From: Acutalibacter sp.
Lineage (GTDB): Bacteria > Bacillota > Clostridia > Oscillospirales > Acutalibacteraceae
Reading direction: 5' to 3'
Assembly: GCA_022511515.1 (NCBI GenBank)
Contig: JAFLRP010000128.1
Location: 3,851 to 67,850, forward strand
Length of the DNA: 64,000 bases
Shown here: one piece after another, positions 1 through 9,402 of the stretch
How the letters are laid out: every line of letters starts with the position of its first letter
Numbering within the stretch: position 1 is the first letter of the stretch
Notes under the pieces: generated by a model
Databases searched by the model: none
What the model was told of the DNA's origin: nothing
What the model saw: only the letters and a program-made list of their open reading frames with translations
Translations under genes and position numbers: made by a program

Positions 1-1217
1 ACAAGGACCAAAGCAACGAAAACCCGGCCGACCAGCTCCATCAGACCGGCAAACATGGCTACGCGGCTGAAGCCCAGGCCCTGAATGGAGTTGCGGTAGA
101 TCAGTACGATAGCCAGCAGGAACGAAGTGGCCACCATGATATTCAGGTAGTGGGTGGCCATGTCCAGGATCTGCACCTCGCTGCTGTCGATAAACAGCAG
201 CGCGATCCATCTGCCCACAAAGGACTGGACCGCAAAGGCGAAAATGCAGTAGAAGAAAGAAATCAGCGTGATCCTGCGCACGCCCACACGTACCCGGTCA
301 AAGCGGCGCGCTCCCAAATTCTGTCCGCAGTAGGTGGCCATGGTCACGCCCACGGCCTCCAGCGGTGTGGTAAAGACAAATTGCACCTTCGCGCCTGCGC
401 CTACGGCCGCCACTGCCTGAGACCCCAGAGAGTTGACGGAGGCCTGCAAAATGGTGGAACCCACGGCGGTCACAGAGAATTGCAGTCCCATGGGAACGCC
501 GATGCCCAGCAGCCGTCTCATGATCTTGGCGTTGGCAGTCCATTCGTCCTTTTGGATATGCAGAATGTCAAATTTCCAATAAATCATTCCCATGCACAGC
601 AGGCCGGAAACCAACTGTGCCAGCACTGTCGCCGCTGCCGCCCCGGCAATGCCCATGTTGAAGGTCACCACAAACAGCAGGTCGAGAATGATATTCAAAA
701 CCGTACTGCACAACAGCATATAGAGGGACGTGCGGCCGTCTCCCACAGCGCGGAGCACTCCCGAAAGCAGATTGTACAGCACCGTGGCGGGAATGCCGAA
801 AAAGATCAGCCGGATGTAGGTGAGGGAATAGGGAAAGATGTTCTCCGGCGTGCCCATCAACCGGAGAATTTGAGGGGAGAGCAGCCCGGTGACAACCGCC
901 ATCACTGCTGCGATCACGGCAGCCATGATAATGCCGTTGGCAAAGCACCTGCGCATAGCGCTGTAATCTCCCGCGCCGAACTCCTGAGAGACCGGGATCG
1001 CAAAGCCGGAGCACAGCCCCAGCGCAAAGCCCAAAATCAGGAAATTGAGAGACCCCGTGGCGCTGACGCCGGAGAAGGCGTCCACGCCCAAATACCGGGA
1101 AACGATGATGCTGTCCGCCATGCTGTAAAACTGCTGCAGCAGATTTCCCAGCATCACGGGCAGAAAAAATTTCAAAATCCGCTTGATAGGATCGCCGGTG
1201 GTCATATCCATGACCAT
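1..1217 (-). CDS. MATE family efflux transporter (3' end runs off the window)
   Basis: My own minus-strand translation from the ATG at 1217 reads MVMDMTTGDPIKRILKFFLPVMLGNLLQQFYSMADSIIVSRYLG... The frame stays open to position 1 and is multi-TM hydrophobic, as in MatE/NorM proteins. It is missing from the ORF track because no stop lies in the window. The + ORF 150..1346 is its antisense shadow. Confidence 0.85.
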   Translation of the reverse strand, partial: MVMDMTTGDPIKRILKFFLPVMLGNLLQQFYSMADSIIVSRYLGVDAFSGVSATGSLNFLILGFALGLCSGFAIPVSQEFGAGDYSAMRRCFANGIIMAAVIAAVMAVVTGLLSPQILRLMGTPENIFPYSLTYIRLIFFGIPATVLYNLLSGVLRAVGDGRTSLYMLLCSTVLNIILDLLFVVTFNMGIAGAAAATVLAQLVSGLLCMGMIYWKFDILHIQKDEWTANAKIMRRLLGIGVPMGLQFSVTAVGSTILQASVNSLGSQAVAAVGAGAKVQFVFTTPLEAVGVTMATYCGQNLGARRFDRVRVGVRRITLISFFYCIFAFAVQSFVGRWIALLFIDSSEVQILDMATHYLNIMVATSFLLAIVLIYRNSIQGLGFSRVAMFAGLMELVGRVFVALVL

Positions 1218-1388
1218 GATCCATCGCCGCCTTTCTTCCTTGCATTGCCTACAAGTATAGCGCGTTTTTTCCGTTTGTTCCAGTCCTTTTTTAAAATAAG
1301 CGCCAATCTTTTTTGTCCTGCCCCGCAGGGCATTTACAGGATTTGAGAATAAGTGATATAATGGGAACATACTGGGAGGTGAGATCGC

Positions 1389-1961
1389 ATGGACGGCAAA
1401 AAGAATGTATACCGGCGCTTGTTCTTTTCCACTTTGAAATTGAGCGCCTGCACCTTTGGCGGCGGATTTGTCATCATTCCGCTGATGCGAAAAAAGTTTG
1501 TGGAGGAGCTGCATTGGATCGAAGAACAGGAAATGCTGGATCTCACCGCCATTGCTCAGTCCTCGCCCGGCGCTATCGCAGTTAACGCCTCCATCTTAGT
1601 GGGGTATCATGTGGCCGGCATTTTCGGCGCTTTTCTGGCTGTGCTGGGCACGATTCTGCCGCCCCTTGTAATCATTTCGGTCATTTCGTTTTTCTATGCC
1701 GCTGTCCGGGACAACCCCATTATCGACATGGCCATGACCGGTATGCTGGCCGGGGTCGCCGCAGTCATCTGCGATGTGGTCATCACCATGGGGACCGGGA
1801 TCGTCAAACAAAGGAGGGTTCTCCCCATCGTTGTCCTGCTTCTGTCCTTTGTTGCGGTTTGCTTTTTCCACGCCAATATCATGTTGGTCCTTCTGCTCTG
1901 CGGCGTTGTCGGGGCTGTCGACACCTATCTCCGAAGAAAGGGGGGTGTGTCTGCGAAATGA
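1389..1961 (+). CDS. chromate transporter family protein (ChrA half-size, first of pair)
   Basis: The translation ...LKLSACTFGGGFVIIPLMRKKFVEELHWIEEQEMLDLTAIAQSSPGAIAVN... matches the CHR family signature. An ATGA overlap joins it to the next half-size paralogue. Confidence 0.85.
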   Translation: MDGKKNVYRRLFFSTLKLSACTFGGGFVIIPLMRKKFVEELHWIEEQEMLDLTAIAQSSPGAIAVNASILVGYHVAGIFGAFLAVLGTILPPLVIISVISFFYAAVRDNPIIDMAMTGMLAGVAAVICDVVITMGTGIVKQRRVLPIVVLLLSFVAVCFFHANIMLVLLLCGVVGAVDTYLRRKGGVSAK

Positions 1962-2521
1962 TTTATTTAGAGCTTTTCTGGAGCTTTTTTCAAATCGGAC
2001 TTTTCAGCATCGGGGGCGGGTATGCGGCCATGCCGCTGATCCAGCATCAGGCGGTGGATCTGCACCAATGGCTGACGATGACACAGTTCGCGGACATCAT
2101 GACCATCGCGGAAATGACGCCCGGGCCCATCGCCATCAACTCCGCCACTTTTGTGGGGATACAGACAGCGGGGATCCCCGGAGCCATTGTCGCGACAGTC
2201 GGGTGCGTTTTGCCCTCCTGCGGGATCGTCACGGCGCTGGCTTATCTGTATTACCGTTTTCGGGGGCTTGCCATGGTGCAGGGCGTGTTGCAGGGACTTC
2301 GCCCGGCAGTGGTTGCCATGATCGCCTCCGCCGGCATTTCCCTTATCATCCTTTCATTTTTCGGACAGAGGACGATCCCCGGGGATCTCAGCGGGATCAA
2401 CCCCATTTCGGCGGTACTTTTTGGGGCCGGGCTGTTTGTTTTGCGAAAGTGGAAAGTGAATCCCATCTACGTCATGGCGGGAGCGGGGGTCGCCGGGGTG
2501 CTTTTGTATTCCGTCTTTTGA
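1958..2521 (+). CDS. chromate transporter family protein (ChrA half-size, second of pair)
   Basis: The ATG at 1958 overlaps the preceding stop. The translation MIYLELFWSFFQIGLFSIGGGYAAMPLIQHQAVD...FADIMTIAEMTPGPIAINSATF is typical of the CHR family. Confidence 0.85.
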   Translation: MIYLELFWSFFQIGLFSIGGGYAAMPLIQHQAVDLHQWLTMTQFADIMTIAEMTPGPIAINSATFVGIQTAGIPGAIVATVGCVLPSCGIVTALAYLYYRFRGLAMVQGVLQGLRPAVVAMIASAGISLIILSFFGQRTIPGDLSGINPISAVLFGAGLFVLRKWKVNPIYVMAGAGVAGVLLYSVF

Positions 2522-2548
2522 CCGCTTTACCGGAAAGGAAGTCTGTTC

Positions 2549-3667
2549 ATGCCTTCTCTCAATCTCTTACTCAAGCCCGCTTCCGGCGGCTGCAACATGC
2601 GGTGCAGCTACTGTTTTTACCACGACGAGCAAAAGAACCGCGATACCTTCTCCTACGGCTTGATGTCCGAGGAGACGCTGGAAATTTTGATCAAAAAAGC
2701 GCTGCAATACGCCACCCGGGAATGTTCCTTCGGCTTTCAGGGCGGCGAGCCCACTCTGCGGGGGCTGGATTTCTTCCGCAGGGCGGTGGAGCTGCAAAAG
2801 AAATATAATGTTCACGGTGCGAAAATCACCAACGCCCTTCAGACCAACGGATTGCTGATCGACGAGGAATGGGCGGAATTCCTGCGGGAAAATCACTTTC
2901 TGGTGGGGCTTTCCATTGACGGAACGAAAGACGTACACGACCGGAACCGTCTGGACACAGAAGGGAAAGGCACCTATTCCAGAGCCTTGCGGGCCGCTCA
3001 GCTTCTCCGTGCCCATCAGGTAGACTTTAACGTGTTGACGGTCATCACCGGCAAGGCGGCAGATTCCATCACAAAAATCTACAATTTCTACCGGCGCTCC
3101 GGGCTGCTGTACCAGCAGTACATCCCCTGTCTCGATCCGCTGGGGGAGGAGCGGGGCTCGTCTCCGTACTCCCTGACGCCGGAACAATACGGAAAATTCC
3201 TGAAAACGCTGTTTGACCTCTGGTACCGTGACGTGACCGCCGGGAATTTCATCTATATCCGGTATTTTGAGAATTTGCTTGGCATTCTGCTGGGGCACAG
3301 GCCGGAAAGCTGTACGCTGTGGGGGCATTGTACCATCCAGCACGTGTTGGAGTCGGACGGCTCCGTGTATCCCTGCGATTTCTACTGTCTGGATGAGTGG
3401 AAGTTGGGAAATGTACAGGAAGACGAGTTCGGGATATTTCCGGAAAAAAGCACTGCCCGAAGCTTTTTGGAACGGTCGGTGCAGGGCATGGAGGAATGCA
3501 AAGCCTGCCCGTATTTTGCCCTTTGTCGCGGCGGATGCTGCCGTGACCGGGAGCCGCTTCATATGGAAGGGCAAAGCAAAAATTATTTCTGTTCCGCCTA
3601 TCGGGAATTTTTTGAGTACGCCCTGCCCCGGCTGCGGCAAATTGCAGCGGCATTGCAGGCAAGATAA
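2549..3667 (+). CDS. anaerobic sulfatase-maturating enzyme (radical SAM, SPASM domain)
   Basis: It has the CNMRCSYC CxxxCxxC radical-SAM motif. It also has the conserved anSME strings FQGGEPTL, SIDG and ESDGSVYPCDFY, and a C-terminal Cys cluster CKACPYFALCRGGCC. It is convergent with a sulfatase gene. Confidence 0.88.
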   Translation: MPSLNLLLKPASGGCNMRCSYCFYHDEQKNRDTFSYGLMSEETLEILIKKALQYATRECSFGFQGGEPTLRGLDFFRRAVELQKKYNVHGAKITNALQTNGLLIDEEWAEFLRENHFLVGLSIDGTKDVHDRNRLDTEGKGTYSRALRAAQLLRAHQVDFNVLTVITGKAADSITKIYNFYRRSGLLYQQYIPCLDPLGEERGSSPYSLTPEQYGKFLKTLFDLWYRDVTAGNFIYIRYFENLLGILLGHRPESCTLWGHCTIQHVLESDGSVYPCDFYCLDEWKLGNVQEDEFGIFPEKSTARSFLERSVQGMEECKACPYFALCRGGCCRDREPLHMEGQSKNYFCSAYREFFEYALPRLRQIAAALQAR

Positions 3668-3700
3668 AATGACCCTGAGGAGATCCCTCAGGGTCATTTT
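3666..3700. terminator. bidirectional intrinsic terminator between convergent anSME and sulfatase genes
   Basis: AAAATGACCCTGAGG-AGATC-CCTCAGGGTCATTTT forms a perfect stem, with an A-tract on one side and a T-tract on the other. Confidence 0.6.
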
Positions 3701-3703
3701 CAA

Positions 3704-5158
3704 CTACTTCTGATGTCGTACCCGAAGCTTTTCCGCTCCTTCTTTTCTGCCGGTTTCTTCCAGCCGTTTCAGGTATGGTCCTAAATTATTGTTTGAAGCA
3801 TGGAACGGGCCGCCCTCCTTGAGCACGGTGAGCATGGGGTCAACTTGTCCGTCGGTTTTCAACATCTGCTCGTCGTGCCAATCCAGAATGAGCTTGGCGC
3901 CCCGGGCGCAAAGTTCGGGATACTGCCCCTTCATATCGCGCTGTTCGTGGGGGTCCTCCGTAATGTTGAACAACATTTCGTCATCAAAGAGATGGAAGCC
4001 GTCGTGGTAGGTGCGGACATAGAGCCAATCGCCGAACCGGGCGGAGCGCTGGCACACATGGGCCATCTGGGAAAGCACCAGATAGTCTCTGCCGGTCGGA
4101 ATCCCGTCCATGACCGCCTTGGCAAAGCTTTCGCCGTCCCAGTTGCCGCAGCGGGGAACGCCCAATAAATCCGCCGCAGTGGGCAGCAGGTCCAGATTGT
4201 AGTGAAGGGAATTTTCCGAAATGCCCTTTTGGCCCCCCGGCCATTTCATGATGAAGGGGATATGGCAGGTGGCGTGATCCGCCGTACCGTGCTCGCAGTA
4301 AATGCCCAACTCACCCATGTTTTCCCCGTGGTCCGAGGTGATGATAATGGCGGTGTCGTCGTAGATGCCCTGTTCCCGCAGGAGGTCGGCAAGCTGTCCC
4401 ACCAGATGATCCGCATACCGGATACCGGTGTCGTAGCCGTCGATGACCTTGCGGAGACCGGCCATATCGGAGGCGCTGCCGGGCATCCGGGGACAACCGG
4501 GAACCCCGTTGTCATCGTACATGTTCAACTCGTTGAGGGAGTGTGGCCCCACGTGCTTTTTATGCAGCTCCAGCGTTTCTTCATTCAGCCACGCAGGTAG
4601 CGGGTCATCGGCAAAGGGGTCCCCAAAATTCGCCGGGGCACGGTAGGGAGTGTGGGGATCCCAGAAATGCACGTGTAAAAACCAGTTGTCCCGGTCCCTG
4701 TTGCGGTTCAGCCAGTCCATGGCCACCGGGAGCACCGCTTCGCCGGATTCCAGCCCGTGACCGCCTACGTTGTGGCACTCGTTGAACCCGGCGTTGAACC
4801 ACCAGGAGGAATGCCGCTCCGCAAAGGTGCTGACGGAAGCGGTATACATCCCCGCCCTGCGGAAAATGTTGTGGAAATTGTTATCGTCCACCGAATCCCG
4901 GAACCCTCTGCCCGGTCCTGTCAGACGGCGGTCAGCGGCGGTACCGCCGTGGCCCACTGCGCCGTTTCGGATGCCGAACAGCCCGCTGACCAGCGCGGCC
5001 CGGGAGGGCAGACAGGGCGCGTCGCTGCAGTAATAGTTATCAAAGCGCACGCCGTCCCCGCAGATGCGGTCCATGTTGGGGGTGGTGTTCCGGTGGTAGC
5101 CATAGCACCCCATGTGATCCGGGCGCAGCGTGTCGATGTCGATGAACAGGATCCTCAT
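3704..5158 (-). CDS. sulfatase (Cys-type formylglycine motif, no signal peptide)
   Basis: The translation MRILFIDIDTLRPDHMGCYGY...YYCSDAPCLPSRAALVSG carries the C-x-P-x-R FGly motif. SDHGE is also present. The start at 5158 is preferred because AAAGGGG lies upstream; the ORF track start is 5221. Confidence 0.85.
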   Translation of the reverse strand: MRILFIDIDTLRPDHMGCYGYHRNTTPNMDRICGDGVRFDNYYCSDAPCLPSRAALVSGLFGIRNGAVGHGGTAADRRLTGPGRGFRDSVDDNNFHNIFRRAGMYTASVSTFAERHSSWWFNAGFNECHNVGGHGLESGEAVLPVAMDWLNRNRDRDNWFLHVHFWDPHTPYRAPANFGDPFADDPLPAWLNEETLELHKKHVGPHSLNELNMYDDNGVPGCPRMPGSASDMAGLRKVIDGYDTGIRYADHLVGQLADLLREQGIYDDTAIIITSDHGENMGELGIYCEHGTADHATCHIPFIMKWPGGQKGISENSLHYNLDLLPTAADLLGVPRCGNWDGESFAKAVMDGIPTGRDYLVLSQMAHVCQRSARFGDWLYVRTYHDGFHLFDDEMLFNITEDPHEQRDMKGQYPELCARGAKLILDWHDEQMLKTDGQVDPMLTVLKEGGPFHASNNNLGPYLKRLEETGRKEGAEKLRVRHQK

Positions 5159-5309
5159 ATTGCCAAAACCCCTTTCTGTGTTGTCTGAGAATATTGTAAA
5201 AAATGGGCCGTCTGCTGTCAATGGGACGATGATTTATTGCGCCCGGAATTGACAGGAATCTCCGATTTTGCTACGATAAGGGTGAAAATGTTCTCCCTGG
5301 GAAAGGAGT

Positions 5310-6347
5310 GTGGGTGTGGAAAACTCACAGAGAAATAACTGTGTGGACATTTTGCGGATCGTGTCCGCGTTCTGCATCATCAGCCTGCACAATTTCAGCG
5401 GCAGCGGCCACCCTTTGGGGGAAGAACTGACTGCCATGGCCCGGTTCGCAGTGCCCCTGTTTTTTATGGTTTCCGGCTACTTTGCTGCAGCCTTTGACAA
5501 ATCGCGGCGTGTCAGGCAGATCAAAAAGCTGCTGTTTTTGACGGTCGCTTCCAATATCGGGTATTTTCTTTACCGTATGCTGGACGCGGCGGCGGGGCGG
5601 TATCTGCCCGGTTTTTTCGAGGAAAAGTTCACGTTGAACGCCTTTTGGACCTTTTTCTGGTCGGGGGAATCCTCGGTGGCAGGCCATTTATGGTTTTTGT
5701 CTGCGCTGCTGTACGTGGTGATTTTGGACCATCTGCTGCTTTCCCGATTGCAGAAGATGAAACACGGCAGGGCCATTGTTTCGGCCGTGGCCGCAGTGCT
5801 GCTGATAGCGGGACTTTCCTATTACCATATCAACACCACCCTGCTCCACAGGGAGCTTCCCTATCAAAACTACCGAAATTTCCTGCTGATGGGGATGCCG
5901 TTCTACCTGTTCGGCAAACTGTTGCGAGGCAGTAAGCTCTTGGAAATCAAGCTGAATCCCCCGGTGCTGGCAATGCTTCTGGTAGTGCTTTTCGGTATCT
6001 GTCTGGGAGAGTATGGGCTTTTGGGCACGAAAGAGATTTATCTGTCATCTATCGTGACGGCTTTCGTTCTGCTGATTTTCGCCTTACAGCATCCCATGGA
6101 GCACGCCGGTAAAGTTGTCAAAGCCATAGCTGCGGCGGGTAGGAAGTACGCCCTTTCCGTTTACATCGTGCACATCTTCATGCTGGACAAGGTGCGGGGC
6201 GTGTACTTCAGCCATGTGCGGTGGGGCACGGTGGAGCCGGGATTCTACTTCATCCCGCTGGTCACGATGGCCCTTTCCTTACTGGCGGCAGTAGCCTACC
6301 GCGCAGTAAAGACAGCAATTGTGCGCCGCCGGAAATCTCAAAGATAG
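5310..6347 (+). CDS. acyltransferase family 3 integral membrane protein
   Basis: The N-terminus ...NCVDILRIVSAFCIISLHNF... and a ~10-TM hydrophobic profile are typical of Acyl_transf_3 (OatA-like) proteins. Confidence 0.7.
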   Translation: MGVENSQRNNCVDILRIVSAFCIISLHNFSGSGHPLGEELTAMARFAVPLFFMVSGYFAAAFDKSRRVRQIKKLLFLTVASNIGYFLYRMLDAAAGRYLPGFFEEKFTLNAFWTFFWSGESSVAGHLWFLSALLYVVILDHLLLSRLQKMKHGRAIVSAVAAVLLIAGLSYYHINTTLLHRELPYQNYRNFLLMGMPFYLFGKLLRGSKLLEIKLNPPVLAMLLVVLFGICLGEYGLLGTKEIYLSSIVTAFVLLIFALQHPMEHAGKVVKAIAAAGRKYALSVYIVHIFMLDKVRGVYFSHVRWGTVEPGFYFIPLVTMALSLLAAVAYRAVKTAIVRRRKSQR

Positions 6348-6985
6348 GGCTCTAACAAGTCGAGAACGCGCTCGTAGCCCGCAGGAGAGAAGTGGATGTC
6401 GTCCGTGGCGATGGCCGGGTCCATAAAACCGTCGGGGCCGGAGACGGCGGCGTTCAAGTTCAGGAAATCGAGACCCATCTCCCGGGCCAATTTTTCCAAC
6501 CTTTCGTTGGCCAGATTCACGTTTTCCTGGGTTCTGGCAATCATCCCCGGAATGGGCGGCGGCACAGGCGTTCCGGCGGTGCGGGGATAGTAGGCCAGCA
6601 GGGTGATCTTGCAGTCCGGCAGTTGTTCCATGACGATTTGCAGCAGCCGGCGGTACTTGACGATGATATTTCCTATCGTATCCCCCGGCAAGCTCAAGTC
6701 GTTGGTGCCGATGTTGATAAACAGCTTCGAGGGAGCCAAGTCCAGAATGACGGTTTGGACATTCTCAATGTACTGATCCAGCACCATTCCGCCGATCCCC
6801 CGGTTGTAAACGGTTTTCGTATTGCCTCTGGACATCAGCATTTCGTTGACGGGGAAATTCTCCATCAGAGAGCTGCCCGCCAACAATGTTTTTCCCTTGA
6901 TCACATGCTCGTTGAGCTCCCGGTAGCGCCGCAGCTTCGACTGCTGTTCCATTTCCATAAAATCTTGAATAGATAGTTCTGCCAT
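6338..6985 (-). CDS. SGNH/GDSL-type hydrolase
   Basis: Block I LLAGSSLMENFP (G-S-S), block III INIGTNDL, and a C-terminal DDIHFSPAGY (D-x-x-H) are present. Confidence 0.75.
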   Translation of the reverse strand: MAELSIQDFMEMEQQSKLRRYRELNEHVIKGKTLLAGSSLMENFPVNEMLMSRGNTKTVYNRGIGGMVLDQYIENVQTVILDLAPSKLFINIGTNDLSLPGDTIGNIIVKYRRLLQIVMEQLPDCKITLLAYYPRTAGTPVPPPIPGMIARTQENVNLANERLEKLAREMGLDFLNLNAAVSGPDGFMDPAIATDDIHFSPAGYERVLDLLEPYL

Positions 6986-7077
6986 AGTGCGATCATCCTT
7001 TCTCTGTTTTTCCTATCTTCCATATGGAAATTATGCTTGAATTTCTTGTATTTGTCAACTGAAATCCGGCCTTTACG

Positions 7078-7106
7078 GCGGGAGGGTTTGTCCCTCCCGC
7101 TTTTTT
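7078..7106 (+). terminator. intrinsic terminator-like hairpin upstream of sigK
   Basis: GCGGGAGGG-TTTGT-CCCTCCCGC is followed by TTTTTT. Confidence 0.5.
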
Positions 7107-7182
7107 GTTGAGAAAAGTTTGACAGCCGCCCATTCTCCAAAAGGAAAATCCAAGGGTACAGGCAGTTTCCGGCGGGGCGGGT

Positions 7183-7191
7183 CATACATAT
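7183..7191 (+). promoter_or_regulatory. candidate mother-cell sigma (E/K)-type -10 element for sigK
   Basis: CATACATAT lies ~40 nt upstream of the sigK ATG and resembles the CATACA-T / CATA---TA -10 consensus. ACA sits ~20 nt upstream. The match is by eye only. Confidence 0.3.
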
Positions 7192-7230
7192 TGGGAGCAG
7201 TACCACGCACACGGGAAATGGGGGAAAGCT

Positions 7231-7578
7231 ATGTTTTTGACGCAAATTCTGGACTTTCTATCGGGGATCATCTATCTATTCCTGCACGTCACAGGCGGGG
7301 GGACGTTCCCGAAAGCCCTCAGCGCGCAAGAGGAGAAAAAATGTCTGGAAGAAATGGCACAGGGAAACGAAGCCGCCCGGCGCAAGCTGATCGAACACAA
7401 CCTGCGGCTGGTGGCGCATATTATCAAAAAATATTACGCAAATCAGAACGATCAGGAAGACTTAATTTCCATCGGCACCATCGGGCTCATCAAGGCCGTG
7501 GACAGCTTCAACGCCGACAAGGGAATCAAGCTGTCCAGCTACGCGTCAAGGTGTATAGAAAATACTATTCTCACATAG
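7231..7578 (+). CDS. sigK: sigK 5' segment (pro-sequence plus regions 1.2-2.4; spoIVCB-like), truncated by the intervening element
   Basis: MFLTQILDFLSGIIYLFLHVTGGGTFPKALSAQEEKKCLEEMAQGNEAARRKLIEHNLRLVAHIIKKY...DLISIGTIGLIKAVDSF...SYASRCIEN aligns with B. subtilis pro-sigma-K. After the core at 7555..7563 the frame reads TILT-stop. Confidence 0.88.
   Translation: MFLTQILDFLSGIIYLFLHVTGGGTFPKALSAQEEKKCLEEMAQGNEAARRKLIEHNLRLVAHIIKKYYANQNDQEDLISIGTIGLIKAVDSFNADKGIKLSSYASRCIENTILT
7555..7563 (+). repeat. left copy of the 9-bp recombination core (attL) ATAGAAAAT
   Basis: The identical 9-mer recurs at 34418..34426. Joining the two copies restores RCIEN|EILM in frame. Confidence 0.8.
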
Positions 7579-7799
7579 CGGACTTTTTGGAGTCGGAACA
7601 GGGAAAAGATACTCCCTTTTTGACGGAAAAACCGAAATGGCATTTTGCGTACCAAATCAGCGGCGATTCTTATGTGCTTTCCAAGCGGAAAAATGGGCAG
7701 ACAATTTGCACTTTGCTGGCAGTTCACAGTTTTCCATTTCTCCGTCCGAAAAAACTGGTTGATGCCGAGAAGTTCAATCTCCAATATCCCAAACCAGAG

Positions 7800-8222
7800 A
7801 TGCTAACAACCACAGCGGACAAGCTGCGGTATTACCGCTATCAAAAATCCCTGCTCCAGCGGGAAGTGGCGGAATACGCAGGGATCAATGAAAGCACCTA
7901 TATCGACTATGAAAGCGGAAACAGGGACTATTATCCCATCGACAAAATCCGGCGGATCGCCGATCTGCTGGAAATTCCGACAGAGACACTTCTGGACGAG
8001 TACAATCTGTTCCTCTGTAATCAGACCAAAACGCTGAAAGCCCTGCGGGAGCAGTGCGGGTGGACACAAAGCCAGCTTGCCGAAAAACTTTCCATAAGAC
8101 TTCACACCGTCAAACAGTGGGAGCAGGGAAGGGTGAGAATGACAAGGAAAATGTGGGAAAGACTTCAAAACCTCATGCCATCCAAATCGGTACGATCAGG
8201 TTGTTGCTGTCAAAGGCACTGA
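7800..8222 (+). CDS. XRE-family protein with two helix-turn-helix modules (start uncertain; frame open back to the att core at 7563)
   Basis: The two HTH modules are LRYYRYQKSLLQREVAEYAGINESTYIDYESGNR and LKALREQCGWTQSQLAEKLSIRLHTVKQWEQGR. The first ATG is at 7800, but the frame has no stop from 7563 onward. Confidence 0.6.
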   Translation: MLTTTADKLRYYRYQKSLLQREVAEYAGINESTYIDYESGNRDYYPIDKIRRIADLLEIPTETLLDEYNLFLCNQTKTLKALREQCGWTQSQLAEKLSIRLHTVKQWEQGRVRMTRKMWERLQNLMPSKSVRSGCCCQRH

Positions 8223-9402
8223 GCTGTTCTGCCATACAGAGAACAGCGCCTGTGCCAAGCTGCAGAGGGGACTTGTCGATGACGCCGAAAACACGAGTCA
8301 GGCGTTTGTCGGGCGTGGCGGTTTTCTTAATTTCCAGAGGGCAGAGCTTCCCGTCGCTCTCTAAGATCACATCGATTTCCTTAGAATCACGATCACGATA
8401 GAAATAGAGGTACGGCTCCAGTCCTGCGTTCTGATAGCCTTTCATGATCTCCGATATGGCGAAATTCTCAAGCAGAGCGCCGCTCATGGCACCGCTTTCG
8501 GCTACTTCCGGGGAGGACCAGCGGGTCAGATAGCAAACCAGACCAGTGTCGTAAAAATACACTTTCGGAGTTTTGATCGTGCGCTTGAGGATATTGTTGG
8601 AGTAGGGGTGCAGCAGGAAGATGATCCCCAGCGTTTCCAGAATGTTGATCCATGCCTTTGAGGTTGAAATGTCGATATCTGCATCGTCGGCCAATGCTTT
8701 GTAGTTCAAAAGCTGGGAGCAGCGGGCGGCAACGGCAGTGACAAAGCGATTGAACTTCAGAGCGTCTACGCTGCCCGAAAGCTCCCGCACATCTCGCTCC
8801 ATGTAGGTGGAAAGATAGGACGAATAGAAGACATTTCGGTCATCGTACTGTCCGCTGATGAGACCCGGCATAGAACCTTTCCAAATTCGCCGAAACAGTT
8901 CTGGGGTGGTGACGGGTTGGATCTGATTTTTCTCCAAGAGAAGCTGATTTAGATCTGTTGTAAACGGCACACAGGGCGCACCGATAATCTCCCGCTGGGA
9001 CATGGGGGACATATGCAAAAGCGCAACACGACCTGCCAGAGATTCCTGCACGCCGCGCATGAGACGGAACATTTGCGAGCCGGTCAGCCAGAAATCACCG
9101 GGATTGTGATGCCGGTCAATGTGAATTTTGAGATAAGAGAACAGCTCAGGCGCATATTGAACCTCGTCAATGAGAACAGGCGGCTTGTGAAGCTGCAAGA
9201 ACAGGGCAGGGTCATTCTTTGCCATGTCCCGCTCTGCGAGGTCGTCCAGCGTCACATAGCTCCGTCCGATGTTTTCTTTCTCTGCCAGCTCCCGCAGCAT
9301 AGTCGTTTTTCCTGCCTGCCGAGGTCCGGTCAGCAGAATGGCAGAGTAGGATTTGCTCAATTCCAAGATGCGGTTTTCCATATGTCTGCGAATGTATTTC
9401 AT
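8173..9402 (-). CDS. AAA-family ATPase (AAA_14/DUF4143-type)
   Basis: MKYIRRHMENRILELSKSYSAILLTGPRQAGKTTML carries a Walker A motif and VLIDEVQ a Walker B motif. The architecture is common on mobile DNA. Confidence 0.8.
   Translation of the reverse strand: MKYIRRHMENRILELSKSYSAILLTGPRQAGKTTMLRELAEKENIGRSYVTLDDLAERDMAKNDPALFLQLHKPPVLIDEVQYAPELFSYLKIHIDRHHNPGDFWLTGSQMFRLMRGVQESLAGRVALLHMSPMSQREIIGAPCVPFTTDLNQLLLEKNQIQPVTTPELFRRIWKGSMPGLISGQYDDRNVFYSSYLSTYMERDVRELSGSVDALKFNRFVTAVAARCSQLLNYKALADDADIDISTSKAWINILETLGIIFLLHPYSNNILKRTIKTPKVYFYDTGLVCYLTRWSSPEVAESGAMSGALLENFAISEIMKGYQNAGLEPYLYFYRDRDSKEIDVILESDGKLCPLEIKKTATPDKRLTRVFGVIDKSPLQLGTGAVLCMAEQLSAFDSNNLIVPIWMA

Noticed and set aside
150-1346. 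A 398-aa + strand ORF covers the start of the window.
   Set aside because: Its translation is rich in His, Arg, Gln and Gly and has no family features. It is the antisense shadow of the clearly MATE-like minus-strand frame, as expected in high-G+C DNA.
2567-3703. A 378-aa minus-strand ORF lies opposite the anSME gene.
   Set aside because: It is an antisense shadow ORF. The + frame carries the radical-SAM and SPASM motifs.
7119-8222. A single 367-aa ORF spans the sigK 5' segment and the XRE region.
   Set aside because: Its first ~150 codons overlap sigK in another frame and translate to Arg/Gly-rich junk. Only the part downstream of the att core looks like protein. I treat it as the XRE ORF plus an upstream open frame (see the fusion finding).
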